Positions 50,460-60,579 of a stretch of 64,000 bases of DNA are shown one piece after another. The translations under genes were made by a program, and so were the position numbers. This DNA is from a virus. The DNA lies in the IMG/VR virus record IMGVR_UViG_3300032220_001630, positions 1 to 64,000 of that record, one strand, 5' to 3'. The notes below the pieces were generated by a model. The model worked only from the letters and a program-made list of their open reading frames with translations. It was not told the origin of the DNA and made no database searches. The stretch's first letter is position 1, and each line of letters starts with the position of its first letter.

Positions 50460-51301
50460 ATAAATTAAAAACTAACTGGGCGCCTTTTCCTCACGAGTAT
50501 TCGTCTTGTTCAAATTTTAAACCTGAGGACTTCGAATGGTCAAGAACTGAGGGAATAGCTAATATAGTTATCGATAATCAGATAATGACTTACAATCCTC
50601 CTTTAAACGAGAAAAATTTTGGATGGTTCTGTGAGTCCAGTGAAATACTTCCATCTTTAAAATCCTATATTAGAAGTAATATGCCGGCTCTAAAGAGGAA
50701 GTTTAGAAATATATTTACCTCTGATCGTGAAATAATCTCTTGGGATCCAAGCTTTTTTATATTTAACCCTCCAGGATCTAATTTACCATGGACACCTAAG
50801 AATAATTATAGGATTCCTGAAAAAACTAAAAAATGCTCAATGATCTGCAGTCCAAAAAGTATGACATCCGGACATAAATTGAGATTAGAAGTAGCAGAAA
50901 AATATAGTGCAAATTTTGATCTGTTTGGCGGAGCATCAGGAAGCTCTCGAATAGGATCCGGATCTGGTCCTAATGGAGATTGGTGGAGATCTAAAGAAGA
51001 AGCATTAGCTCCATATATGTTTTCTTTAGTTTTTGAGAATGCTAAAATAGATAAGTATTATACTGAAAAAATAACAGATTGCTTTGCATTGGGGGTAATT
51101 CCTATATACTGGGGAACCGATAAGATCTCTGAAGATTTCAATATGGGAGGTATTATTAAATGGGAAGATAATTTTGATTTTTCTATGCTTACGTTGGATC
51201 TTTACAACTCTAAAATGGAATATGTAAAAGATAACATGGAAAGAGTCAGAAATATGTTATCCGCAGATTCATTAATTTTCAATAAGATAAAAACTTTATG
51301 A
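50456..51301 (+). CDS. GT10-like (alpha-1,3-fucosyltransferase family) glycosyltransferase
   Basis: 'YMFSLVFEN....YYTEKITDCF..G.IPIYWG'. Confidence 0.78.
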   Translation: MNKLKTNWAPFPHEYSSCSNFKPEDFEWSRTEGIANIVIDNQIMTYNPPLNEKNFGWFCESSEILPSLKSYIRSNMPALKRKFRNIFTSDREIISWDPSFFIFNPPGSNLPWTPKNNYRIPEKTKKCSMICSPKSMTSGHKLRLEVAEKYSANFDLFGGASGSSRIGSGSGPNGDWWRSKEEALAPYMFSLVFENAKIDKYYTEKITDCFALGVIPIYWGTDKISEDFNMGGIIKWEDNFDFSMLTLDLYNSKMEYVKDNMERVRNMLSADSLIFNKIKTL

Positions 51302-52020
51302 GTAAAATAAACCTCGTAGCTGCATCCAGACAAAGACCAGTAAGGATGTTCAATGTATTAAAAAAATGGCTGAGTAATTCTGCATCACCTTCTGATATAA
51401 AGGTAATTATATCTATAGACTCTAGCGATCCTACAATTGATAAATATTTTGAATTAATAAATCCATTATCGCTGGAATACAATACAAATATATTGATAAT
51501 TGTTAACCACAATACATGTACAGTTGAAGCAATAAATTCTGTTAAGCCATATTTGGATGGGGATTTAGTTATAGTATTTTCTGATGACACAGATTGCTTT
51601 AAAAATTGGGATAAGGAATTGATAGATTTCTCGACTAATCTTTCAGGTAAATATGTGATAAAGACCTCTGATGGAATAGGCAAAGACCTTATTACAATGC
51701 CAGTATTTTCTAAAGAATATTTAGATGGATTCACTTACATATACCATCCATCTTACAAGCATATGTTTTGTGATACAGAACTTACGTGTGTAGCTACCGT
51801 ATTAGGGTGTGTGATTAATGGCGATCAATTTGAATTTAAGCATTTACACTACTCCCAATTACATCATGATAAGGATTCTGTTGATGATAAAAATCAATCT
51901 ACTTTTTATGACGGAATGGACATTTTTAAAGAAAGACTTTCTAATAATTTCGATCTAGAACCTTCTGATTTTAAATGTGAAATGCCAAAAGAAATAATAG
52001 AATGGATATCTCAAAAATAA
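51298..52020 (+). CDS. GT2-like glycosyltransferase
   Basis: 'ASRQRP', 'SID..D', 'FSDD', 'WD', 'Y...FCD.E', 'H.H'. Confidence 0.68.
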   Translation: MSKINLVAASRQRPVRMFNVLKKWLSNSASPSDIKVIISIDSSDPTIDKYFELINPLSLEYNTNILIIVNHNTCTVEAINSVKPYLDGDLVIVFSDDTDCFKNWDKELIDFSTNLSGKYVIKTSDGIGKDLITMPVFSKEYLDGFTYIYHPSYKHMFCDTELTCVATVLGCVINGDQFEFKHLHYSQLHHDKDSVDDKNQSTFYDGMDIFKERLSNNFDLEPSDFKCEMPKEIIEWISQK

Positions 52021-52667
52021 ATCTTGATAGAGTAACATTGGTGTGTATCGATGGGAGGGAAGAGGATTCTGAAAGAACCTCTAGATATAGAGATATATTT
52101 AGATACTCTATGAATCATATTGATTTTAAAAGAGTAATTTTTTTCAGCCACATAGATTACAAATTCGATGGGGTAGAAACTATTAATATATGGAAACTAG
52201 GAAGTACTGGTGAATATTCTAATTTTTGTATGAGATTGCTAAATCCTTATATCAATACAGATTACTGTATGATTATGCAGGATGATGGATTTATATTAAA
52301 TCCTGATCTATGGGATGATGAATTTTTATCTTATGATTATATAGGAGCTCCCTGGCCTATAGGATTAGGATCTACTACAGAGGAAACACAGGTAGGAAAT
52401 GGAGGATTTTGTATAAGAAGTAAAAAATTTCTAGAGTTTAGTTCTAAGCTTTTCCCTACAATGCAAAACGAGGATAAGTACATATTAGAAACTAACAGAA
52501 AAGCAGTTAATCAAGCGAATTTAAAAATAGCACCAGTCGAGTTAGCTAAAAGATTTTCTGTAGAAATTCCAATAGATGATCAGCATAGTATAAAGAATTG
52601 TTTTGGTTTTCATGCAAAACATCTATTGGAAGAATCAATTGAATACATAAAAAATAAAAATAAATGA
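52002..52667 (+). CDS. DUF5672-like putative glycosyltransferase
   Basis: 'QDDGFI', 'FLSYDYIGAPW', 'VGNGGF..RS', 'ED', 'FGFH'. Confidence 0.75.
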   Translation: MDISKINLDRVTLVCIDGREEDSERTSRYRDIFRYSMNHIDFKRVIFFSHIDYKFDGVETINIWKLGSTGEYSNFCMRLLNPYINTDYCMIMQDDGFILNPDLWDDEFLSYDYIGAPWPIGLGSTTEETQVGNGGFCIRSKKFLEFSSKLFPTMQNEDKYILETNRKAVNQANLKIAPVELAKRFSVEIPIDDQHSIKNCFGFHAKHLLEESIEYIKNKNK

Positions 52668-53245
52668 CTAAACAAATCAAAGCCTTTAACACGGATTACA
52701 AACTAGCAGAAAGATTTATTGCTTTTAAGAAAAAGTACAAAATAAAAACTGCAATAGAAACCGGAACATACCATGGAGACACCACATCCTGGCTAGCAGA
52801 AAATTTCGATACTGTATATACTGTCGAATACGATAAAAGATATCTAGACGTGGCTCAGGATCAAATATCCAAGTATACCAATATAAGAAGTTATTTAGGT
52901 AGCAGCACGGATTATCTTGGAAAATTCCTTGATGAATCAAAGGATAATAATGTTATAGTTTTCCTAGATGCACATTGGTATGCTAATCCAGTATTACAAG
53001 AACTGGACAGGATTAGAGAGTCTGGAACAAAACCTGTTCTTGCTATACACGATTTCAAAGTTCCAGAAAGACCAGATCTTGGTTATGATGAATATCCTAA
53101 TCAGGGTATAGTCTATGAATGGAATTGGATAAAGGAAAAAATAGATGCCATTTATGGAATCGATCAGTATGACATAGAATACAATACATACTCTGAACAA
53201 AATATGAGAGGCTGTATATTCATATTACCAAAAAATAAATTATGA
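52664..53245 (+). CDS. SAM-dependent methyltransferase
   Basis: 'IETGTYHG', 'TVE', 'G.S', 'FLDAH'. Confidence 0.72.
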   Translation: MTKQIKAFNTDYKLAERFIAFKKKYKIKTAIETGTYHGDTTSWLAENFDTVYTVEYDKRYLDVAQDQISKYTNIRSYLGSSTDYLGKFLDESKDNNVIVFLDAHWYANPVLQELDRIRESGTKPVLAIHDFKVPERPDLGYDEYPNQGIVYEWNWIKEKIDAIYGIDQYDIEYNTYSEQNMRGCIFILPKNKL

Positions 53246-53931
53246 TAAAATTAAACGACTATAGAAAGAGTGTCTACTCTCAAACAGGTGAAGACGGAAT
53301 ACTAGAAAAACTTTTCCAAACTCTAGATATAAAACAAGGCCAATTTTGTGAATTTGGTGCATCTGATGGTATGTCATATTGTAATACCCGAAAATTGAGA
53401 GAGGAAGGATGGGGAGGAGTTTTAATCGAAGGTGATCCATTATATGCAGAGGGAATAAAAGAAAACCTTAAGGACTATAAAAATATTGAGATCCTAGATA
53501 GCTTTATTAGCTGTGAACCAGGAAGTACATTGGATGAGATTCTAAAACCTACGAAATTAAAAAAAGACTTTGATTTTATTTCAATAGATATAGACGGGAA
53601 CGATCTTTGGGTCTGGGAATCTTTAAAAAATTATTCTCCTAAGGTAATAATGGTAGAATATAATTCTAATTATCCTTCTACTGATAGCTTGTCTATAAAA
53701 TATGATAAGGATCATAGACATCAGTTAGATGCTTATTATAGCGCCACAGCTGGTGCATATAAGAAATTAGCTGATAAGAAGGGATATAAATTAGTAGGAT
53801 TTACTGAGGGATTAAACCTAGTATTTTGTAAGAATGAATTAGCTTCCAATTTTTACGAATATAAACTAGAGGAAATACCAGTAATGAGAGTGTGGCCTAT
53901 AAAAGAAGGGAGAGAGCTTTTAATATATTAA
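53242..53931 (+). CDS. FkbM-like methyltransferase
   Basis: 'YSQTGEDG', 'EFGASDG', 'SIDIDGND', 'VEYN'. Confidence 0.78.
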   Translation: MIKLNDYRKSVYSQTGEDGILEKLFQTLDIKQGQFCEFGASDGMSYCNTRKLREEGWGGVLIEGDPLYAEGIKENLKDYKNIEILDSFISCEPGSTLDEILKPTKLKKDFDFISIDIDGNDLWVWESLKNYSPKVIMVEYNSNYPSTDSLSIKYDKDHRHQLDAYYSATAGAYKKLADKKGYKLVGFTEGLNLVFCKNELASNFYEYKLEEIPVMRVWPIKEGRELLIY

Positions 53932-53932
53932 A

Positions 53933-54604
53933 ATGAAAATAATATCTTTCTCACTTTGGGGAGAACACGAGAGATACTTTATAGGTGCTTTTAGAAATTG
54001 CGAGTTAGCTTTACAGTGGTATCCGGATTGGACATGCTTTTTTTATGTAAGATCTGATTCTAGTATAAAGCATATGGATAAATTGAGAGCTTATCCGAAT
54101 GCTAGAGTTATTGAAATAGAATCACCCGATGAAAAAAGAGGACTTTTCTGGAGGTTTATTCCTGCTTTTGATAAATCGATAGATGTTACAATTGTAAGAG
54201 ATTGCGATTCACGTCTCTCTGAGAGAGAATTATTAGCGGTTAATCAATGGCTCGAAAGTGACAAGGCATTTCACATAATGAGAGATCATCCTTATCATAG
54301 TACCGAAATACTTGGCGGTATGTGGGGAGTTAAGAATAAAATGATAGATCTAGGAGATCCTCTTAATCTTGAAATCATTAGTTCTTACAAAGATGAATAC
54401 CAAGAGGACCAAAGATATCTTAGAGAAAAGATATGGCCAAGAGTCAAGGATAATTGCATGATACATGACGAATTTTTCGGTGGATTAAAATTTCCTAAGG
54501 AAAGGTATGATTTTGACGATTTTGTTGGTCAGCAATATAACGATAATGATCAGCCGGTAAAGGAAAATTCAGATATTCTTAAAAAATACTTGCAAGGATC
54601 ATGA
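53933..54604 (+). CDS. Putative glycosyltransferase-like protein
   Basis: 'IISFSLWG', 'RDCDSR', 'FHIMRDHPYH...ILGGMWG', 'DQ.YL'. Confidence 0.5.
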   Translation: MKIISFSLWGEHERYFIGAFRNCELALQWYPDWTCFFYVRSDSSIKHMDKLRAYPNARVIEIESPDEKRGLFWRFIPAFDKSIDVTIVRDCDSRLSERELLAVNQWLESDKAFHIMRDHPYHSTEILGGMWGVKNKMIDLGDPLNLEIISSYKDEYQEDQRYLREKIWPRVKDNCMIHDEFFGGLKFPKERYDFDDFVGQQYNDNDQPVKENSDILKKYLQGS

Positions 54605-55437
54605 GGATTATTATTATACAAGAAGCAGGAAGGCATGACGAGAATAGAAATTTTAGAGAGTGCTTAAGCTTACAGAGAGCATTTCTATATAACGGTCATC
54701 AGTGCGACGTTTGGGGATTGGGTCATTCCAATTATAGTCAAATCCCAGATTGGGATTCCTATGATCTTATAATGAATATAGAAAATTACGATTCTGTCGG
54801 ATGGGTTCCTAATCTATCTTCATTTAATAAACCCATAAAATTACTTTGGAGTATAGATGCTCACTGTAGGGGAGAAGAGATATACGAAAATACCTTTTCT
54901 TCTGGAAGATATAATTTCTTGCTTCACTCCACTAAAGATTTTGTCAAAAATAATTATCATATATGGTTTCCTAATTGTTTTGATGACGACCTAGTTAAAA
55001 ATATGCAGGTTGATAAAAAACATTTCATAGGGTTTTGTGGTAATTATGTTAACAGAAAAGATCTTATAGATACAATTACTTCCGAATTCGGTATGAAGCA
55101 GGACATATTTGTAATAGGAGAATCTATGGTTAAATCTATCAATGAATATAGAATACACTTTAACAAGAACATGTTAAACGATATAAACTATAGAAACTTC
55201 GAAACAATAGGTACAGGTACAGTTCTACTCACGAGCAATAATCCAAATTATGAAAGTCTTGGGTTTATCGATGGTGAAAATTGTTTAATATATAATGATA
55301 TTGGGGACATTAGAAGAATATTGATGGAGGTAAAACAAAATCCTGATATTTTGGAAAAAATAGGGGATTCCGGATATGGACTTTCTAAAAATCATACCTA
55401 TAAAGTAAGGGTTAATGATTTATTGAAAAAAATTTAG
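54601..55437 (+). CDS. CgeB-like GT-B glycosyltransferase
   Basis: 'GFCG', 'HFN', 'NYRNFE..G.G..LL', 'HTY..R'. Confidence 0.72.
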   Translation: MRIIIIQEAGRHDENRNFRECLSLQRAFLYNGHQCDVWGLGHSNYSQIPDWDSYDLIMNIENYDSVGWVPNLSSFNKPIKLLWSIDAHCRGEEIYENTFSSGRYNFLLHSTKDFVKNNYHIWFPNCFDDDLVKNMQVDKKHFIGFCGNYVNRKDLIDTITSEFGMKQDIFVIGESMVKSINEYRIHFNKNMLNDINYRNFETIGTGTVLLTSNNPNYESLGFIDGENCLIYNDIGDIRRILMEVKQNPDILEKIGDSGYGLSKNHTYKVRVNDLLKKI

Positions 55438-55438
55438 C

Positions 55439-56389
55439 ATGAGAGTTTTAATTACAGGCGGAGCAGGATTTATCGGATCTAATATAGCTAATCAACTTGC
55501 TAAAGATGATATTATTAAAGATGTGATTGTTCTTGATAATTTATCTAATGGAAGTGTTTCCAATTTAATAGATTCTCCAAAGATAAATTTTATAGAAGGA
55601 GATATCTGCGATTACAAATTAGTTTCCGATATATGTAAAAATGTTGATATTATATCGCACCAAGCTGCATGGGGATCTGTCCCTAAGTCTATAATAGATC
55701 CTATAAATTTTATTTATAACAATGTTTATGGATTTACCTGTATATTACAAGCTGCAAGGGATAATCAGGTAAAAAAAATTATTTATGCTACTTCTTCTTC
55801 TGTATATGGAGATAATGAACTTTATAAGAAGAATGAAAAAATTATAGGAAATCCTCTTTCCCCTTATGCTTTGAGCAAAAGGTTCGATGAGATGCTAGCT
55901 GATAATTTTAACCGTTTGTATGGTATTAATTTTTATGGACTAAGATATTTCAATGTCTTTGGAGAAAATCAAAGGTTTGATTCGGAATATTCTGCGGTTA
56001 TCCCTAAATTTATAGATGCTATCATAAAAAAAGAACAGCCCGTAATATATGGTGACGGGGAGCAAAGAAGAGATTTTACATATATTAAAAATGTCGTAGA
56101 TTTTAATGTAGACCTAATAAAAAAGGAGGTCGCTAAAGGATCACATATTTATAATGTTGGGGCGGGAAAAAGTACATCTGTTAATGAGATATTTAGCATG
56201 ATAAGAAATAAATTGAAATCCGATATAAATCCTAGATATACTGATAGGAGAAATGGCGATATATTGAATTCTTTAGCTGATATAGATGCTTCTGTTAATA
56301 TAGGATATATCCCTAAGATTGATGTTGAAGAAGGTATAGAGAAGACCATAGAATGGTTTAAAAATAAAAATAAAAATGCAGGATATTAA
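55439..56389 (+). CDS. NAD-dependent UDP-sugar 4-epimerase (WbpP-like)
   Basis: GGAGFIG, HQAA.GSVP.S, SSSVYG, YALSK, LRYFNVFG, RDFTY. Confidence 0.88.
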   Translation: MRVLITGGAGFIGSNIANQLAKDDIIKDVIVLDNLSNGSVSNLIDSPKINFIEGDICDYKLVSDICKNVDIISHQAAWGSVPKSIIDPINFIYNNVYGFTCILQAARDNQVKKIIYATSSSVYGDNELYKKNEKIIGNPLSPYALSKRFDEMLADNFNRLYGINFYGLRYFNVFGENQRFDSEYSAVIPKFIDAIIKKEQPVIYGDGEQRRDFTYIKNVVDFNVDLIKKEVAKGSHIYNVGAGKSTSVNEIFSMIRNKLKSDINPRYTDRRNGDILNSLADIDASVNIGYIPKIDVEEGIEKTIEWFKNKNKNAGY

Positions 56390-57056
56390 AAAAAGAATAT
56401 TAGTTATATCCCCACATACTGATGATGAACTATTTGGTGTGGGTGGAACTTTGATAAAGAGAAAAAAAGAAGGATCTCACATAAAAGTTGTTGTTATGTC
56501 TTGCTCTAGTAGGTATCTTCACCATTTAGGAAGGGAGATAACAGAGGAAGAGCAATGGTCTGAGTTTAATAATGTTTCAAAGTTTATATCAACAGAAGAA
56601 CCTGAAAAATTCGATACTGGCGGTATAAGACTGGAAGAAGTTCCGCAATATAAGATTGTTAGGTGGTTAGACGAATTGATAAGATCCTATAGGCCTACTG
56701 TTATTTATATTCCAGAGCCTTCTTACCACCAAGAACATAAAGATGTTTATAATGCTTGTATATCAGCGGTTAGACCTACCGGGGTGGGATTAATCCCTGA
56801 AATCATATCCTATGAAATACCAACATCAACGTGGTCTGATCCATCCAATAGATTTCAGCCTAATTTATTTGAGAACATCGAGGATACCATAGAAGATAAA
56901 ATAAACATTTTTAAAGAAAATTATGTTTTACAGTATACTAAAACAAAGAGGGATAAATTGGGTGAAGAAGGAATAAAAGCACATGCTCATTATAGGGGAT
57001 TTGAGTGCGGGATAAAGTATGCAGAAGCTTTCAACATAATAAGAAAAATAAAATAA
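56376..57056 (+). CDS. PIG-L/LmbE family deacetylase
   Basis: PHTDDE..G.GGT, H..H, 'RG...G..YAEAF'. Confidence 0.85.
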   Translation: MQDIKKRILVISPHTDDELFGVGGTLIKRKKEGSHIKVVVMSCSSRYLHHLGREITEEEQWSEFNNVSKFISTEEPEKFDTGGIRLEEVPQYKIVRWLDELIRSYRPTVIYIPEPSYHQEHKDVYNACISAVRPTGVGLIPEIISYEIPTSTWSDPSNRFQPNLFENIEDTIEDKINIFKENYVLQYTKTKRDKLGEEGIKAHAHYRGFECGIKYAEAFNIIRKIK

Positions 57057-57062
57057 AATATT

Positions 57063-57734
57063 TTGAGAATTAATTTTTTCGATTTAGGAGCTTTCGATGG
57101 GATAGAATCCAAAATAGCTTCGGATATCTTTAGATCATTAGGTATTGAAGATTTTAAAATATACACTTTTGAACCGTGTCAAAAATCTTTTGACCAAATA
57201 TCTTCCCTGTTAAAGGATGATCCTAATGTTAAACTTGTAAAATCTGCTATTTCTAATAGTAACGGAATGAGCAAATTATATCACTCATTTGAAGGAAATG
57301 AAGTGGGGCACTCTATTTTCTCCTCGAAAAATAACGTATACGAAAGTGATTATGAAGAAATAGAAACTATAAAATTTTCTTCATTTTGTACTAATGAAAA
57401 TATTGACCTAGAAAATGGGTTTAATATCATTAAAATTAATATCGAAGGCGCTGAATGGCATCTATTTAATGATTTGATAGATTCAAAAATGATTCAAAAT
57501 ATACATATTTTTTGCGGGGAAGCAATAGACATGCCTAAAGTTAAAGAGCTACATCCTTACATACCCGAGTATGAGTCGATGCTAAAAAAATACAAAATAG
57601 AATTCGTACCATTTTCAGCACAGGGTATACAAAACGAATCTGATAGGGTACTTAGTGAAACCCGAGATTTTAAAAATAAAATAAAAATGGAATATGAAAA
57701 AATGCAGGGATTTGACCCAGGATCTACAAAGTAA
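57063..57734 (+). CDS. FkbM-like methyltransferase
   Basis: 'FDLGAFDG', 'FEP', 'KINIEGAEW'. Confidence 0.75.
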   Translation: MRINFFDLGAFDGIESKIASDIFRSLGIEDFKIYTFEPCQKSFDQISSLLKDDPNVKLVKSAISNSNGMSKLYHSFEGNEVGHSIFSSKNNVYESDYEEIETIKFSSFCTNENIDLENGFNIIKINIEGAEWHLFNDLIDSKMIQNIHIFCGEAIDMPKVKELHPYIPEYESMLKKYKIEFVPFSAQGIQNESDRVLSETRDFKNKIKMEYEKMQGFDPGSTK

Positions 57735-58548
57735 TCCAATTAAAAGGGAATCTAATAAATTCATCGATGTAAACACAAAAGTTTTCACTATAGGTAGCTG
57801 TTTTGCACTTGAGATAAAGGATTTTCTCATGAGAAATTCGTATAATGTATTGGTTCCAGAGGAGACAAGCTCAACACCAGAGCCAAGATTGATATGGTAT
57901 AACACATATACTATATTATATGAATTTCAAAGAATAACCGGTGAATTTGTACAGAAAGAGGATGATGTTTGGGATCTGGGTAATAGGTGGCAAGACCCTT
58001 ACAGAAGGTGTGTATTTGGTGATACGAAAGAGGATCTTTGGAAAAAAATAAATAAATTAAACGAGGATATAAAATTTGGAATTTTAAACTCTGAATGTTT
58101 AGTAATAACTTTAGGACTTACAGAAGTTTTCTTTAATGGAAACTCCGCAATATGTTCCACACCGGGTTATGCTGGAGGAGGTGGACATGAGTGCGTATTT
58201 CGACCTACTAAATTCAATGAAAATTACGATAATGTGAAAAAGATTGTTGAAATACTAAAAAATATAAATCCTAATTGTAGTATAATTTTAACTGTTTCTC
58301 CTGTTCCCCTAGGAATGACCTTCAGAGATTTAGACCATTTAATTGCAAATACTGAAAGTAAATCTATATTAAGAACCGTAGCTGGACAAATACAGGAAGA
58401 ATATCCAGATATAGTCAATTATTTCCATAGCTTTGAGATTTCATCAAATAGTAATAGAGAAGCTGTTTATATGGAAGATGCGAGACATGTTCGTAGAGAT
58501 TTTGTTGAGGGAATTATGAGTGAATTTAAAAAATATTTCATAAAGTAA
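57694..58548 (+). CDS. GSCFA-domain protein (SGNH-like)
   Basis: 'IGSCFA', 'ITLGLTE', 'TVSPVPL', 'SKSILR', 'D.RH'. Confidence 0.85.
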   Translation: MKKCRDLTQDLQSNPIKRESNKFIDVNTKVFTIGSCFALEIKDFLMRNSYNVLVPEETSSTPEPRLIWYNTYTILYEFQRITGEFVQKEDDVWDLGNRWQDPYRRCVFGDTKEDLWKKINKLNEDIKFGILNSECLVITLGLTEVFFNGNSAICSTPGYAGGGGHECVFRPTKFNENYDNVKKIVEILKNINPNCSIILTVSPVPLGMTFRDLDHLIANTESKSILRTVAGQIQEEYPDIVNYFHSFEISSNSNREAVYMEDARHVRRDFVEGIMSEFKKYFIK

Positions 58549-59114
58549 TGACTATTTCTATACACCAGCCTAATTTTTTCCCCTGGTATCCTTTTTTTCA
58601 GAAAGTCGAAAAATCCCAAAAATTTATTCTTTTGAATCAGTCACAATTTCAGAAGAACAATCTGCAGAATAGATTTAGTATGGACGATAAATGGTATACT
58701 ATTTCTGTTAATAGAGGACTAGATCCAATATTTACAAAAAAATATTTATCCCCAACCGATGATTGGGAAAGAATAAAAAAATCACTTCCCGAATACAAAA
58801 AGATTTTAGAAAAATTTGATCCTTTCATAGGTCATGATTTAAAAGACACCAATACTAATATAATCAAAAAAATATGTGATATTATTGAAGTCGATACCGA
58901 AATATTATCCGATTACCCTACTGAATTAAAAGCAAGCGAAAGAATTTTGGACATATGCTTAAAATTCGAAGCTTCTACTTATATTTCTGGCATTTCTGGA
59001 AAAAAATACTTAGACCTAGAGATTTTCAAAAAAAATGGTATAGAGGTATTTTTTCAAAAAGAGGAAGAAATGATCAAGGAACCTATTTTAAAAATACTAA
59101 AAAAATATGTTTAA
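58548..59114 (+). CDS. wbqC: WbqC-like protein
   Basis: 'IHQPNFFPW..FF.K', 'NR', 'YISG.SG..YL'. Confidence 0.85.
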   Translation: MTISIHQPNFFPWYPFFQKVEKSQKFILLNQSQFQKNNLQNRFSMDDKWYTISVNRGLDPIFTKKYLSPTDDWERIKKSLPEYKKILEKFDPFIGHDLKDTNTNIIKKICDIIEVDTEILSDYPTELKASERILDICLKFEASTYISGISGKKYLDLEIFKKNGIEVFFQKEEEMIKEPILKILKKYV

Positions 59115-59934
59115 TAGAGTTATTGTTAGCTCAGACGATTCTGATTTTAAAAATTTCTGGCCTATAGTGGTTAAGTCTTGGAATAAATATTTTCCGGAAG
59201 TAAAGGTGTGTTTAGCATTTGTAACGGACAGAAAAGAAAATGATGAGATCGTAAAAAGGCTTAAAAAATATGGTGAGGTTTATTTATTCCCCGTTCAACC
59301 TAATATACCTACTCCCAACCAAGCAAAAATGTACAGACATATATTAGCTGGACAATTTGGTGATGATGTGTGTATGATAGAGGATATAGATACTATTCCA
59401 CTACAATCTGAATTTGTACACAGAATCCTATCTCAGAGGGATTTTGGAAAAATGCTCAGGGTTGGCTCTGAGATCTACAACGGGACACTTGACGAGGGTA
59501 AATTTCCTACGAGTAACCTTACAGGGGAATCATATCTCTTCAAGGAATTAATAAATCCAGATAATCTAAACTACAAATCTCTATTTGATACGTGGTGTAA
59601 TATTAGATATTATGACCACAAAGAATCTGTTAATAACCATCCGGATTTATCTGGATTAGATGGATTCTCTGATGAATCTTTGATGAGAGTACTAATGAAT
59701 AGATTTTCCCCAACAAAAGATAGAATTAATGAAATAAAAAGGGATGTTGATATACGGGACAATTGGATAGACAGATCTTGGTGGAATATAGATAAAAATA
59801 AATTAATTAATAACGAATATGTGATCTGTAACTTTTTAAGACCTTTTGCTGAAAATATTCATCTATGCAAACCGATAATTGAATATATATTCGACACTCA
59901 AAATATCCGGTTAGACGAAATATTAATAGATTAA
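59107..59934 (+). CDS. Putative glycosyltransferase, paralogue of 48278
   Basis: 'FWPIV..SW', 'EDIDTIP', 'SDE', 'IDRS.W'. Confidence 0.55.
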   Translation: MFNRVIVSSDDSDFKNFWPIVVKSWNKYFPEVKVCLAFVTDRKENDEIVKRLKKYGEVYLFPVQPNIPTPNQAKMYRHILAGQFGDDVCMIEDIDTIPLQSEFVHRILSQRDFGKMLRVGSEIYNGTLDEGKFPTSNLTGESYLFKELINPDNLNYKSLFDTWCNIRYYDHKESVNNHPDLSGLDGFSDESLMRVLMNRFSPTKDRINEIKRDVDIRDNWIDRSWWNIDKNKLINNEYVICNFLRPFAENIHLCKPIIEYIFDTQNIRLDEILID

Positions 59935-59936
59935 AA

Positions 59937-60575
59937 ATGATTACAACCATTTATGAGCATTCTGTTGATTTAGAAATTCTAGAAAAAGGTGGGTGGGTTT
60001 TAGATCTGGGATGTGGTGTAGACTTCCTATTTTCAAAAGCCATGCTAGAAAAAGGAATGAAAGTTTTAGCAGTAGATCCAAATCCTAAAATTTCACAAAT
60101 TCCAGATCATCCTAATTTCTATTTTGTAAACAAGGCAATAACCACAGAAGAATCTAAAGAGCCTTTGGAATTCACCATATATAATGACTCTGACGCATTT
60201 AGTTCAGTTAATACAATGCATGATGTTTCCTTCGTTGAAAAACAGGGGAATATCATGATTGAAACTGTGACCCTCAATGATCTTAAAAACGAATTTTCAA
60301 TTAATTCTATAGAGCTGATTAAAATTGACATCGAAGGGGCAGAATACGGTCTATTAGAATCTTTACATTATCCAATTTCTAGACAAATAAGTATCGAGTA
60401 TCACGATTTTAGAGGAATGAATCCATATTTTCCAAATAATCAATTATACCATGATAAATTGAAAATAAAACTTGGCTTTTACAACTTTGTTAAGTACAGC
60501 ATAGAACAACACAAGGGAATTTCAGGAGAACAGGGACTTAATTATTGGGATTGTCTTTTAGTTCAAAAAAATTAG
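59937..60575 (+). CDS. FkbM-like methyltransferase
   Basis: 'LDLGCG', 'KIDIEGAEY', 'QISIEYH'. Confidence 0.78.
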   Translation: MITTIYEHSVDLEILEKGGWVLDLGCGVDFLFSKAMLEKGMKVLAVDPNPKISQIPDHPNFYFVNKAITTEESKEPLEFTIYNDSDAFSSVNTMHDVSFVEKQGNIMIETVTLNDLKNEFSINSIELIKIDIEGAEYGLLESLHYPISRQISIEYHDFRGMNPYFPNNQLYHDKLKIKLGFYNFVKYSIEQHKGISGEQGLNYWDCLLVQKN

Positions 60576-60579
60576 ATCT

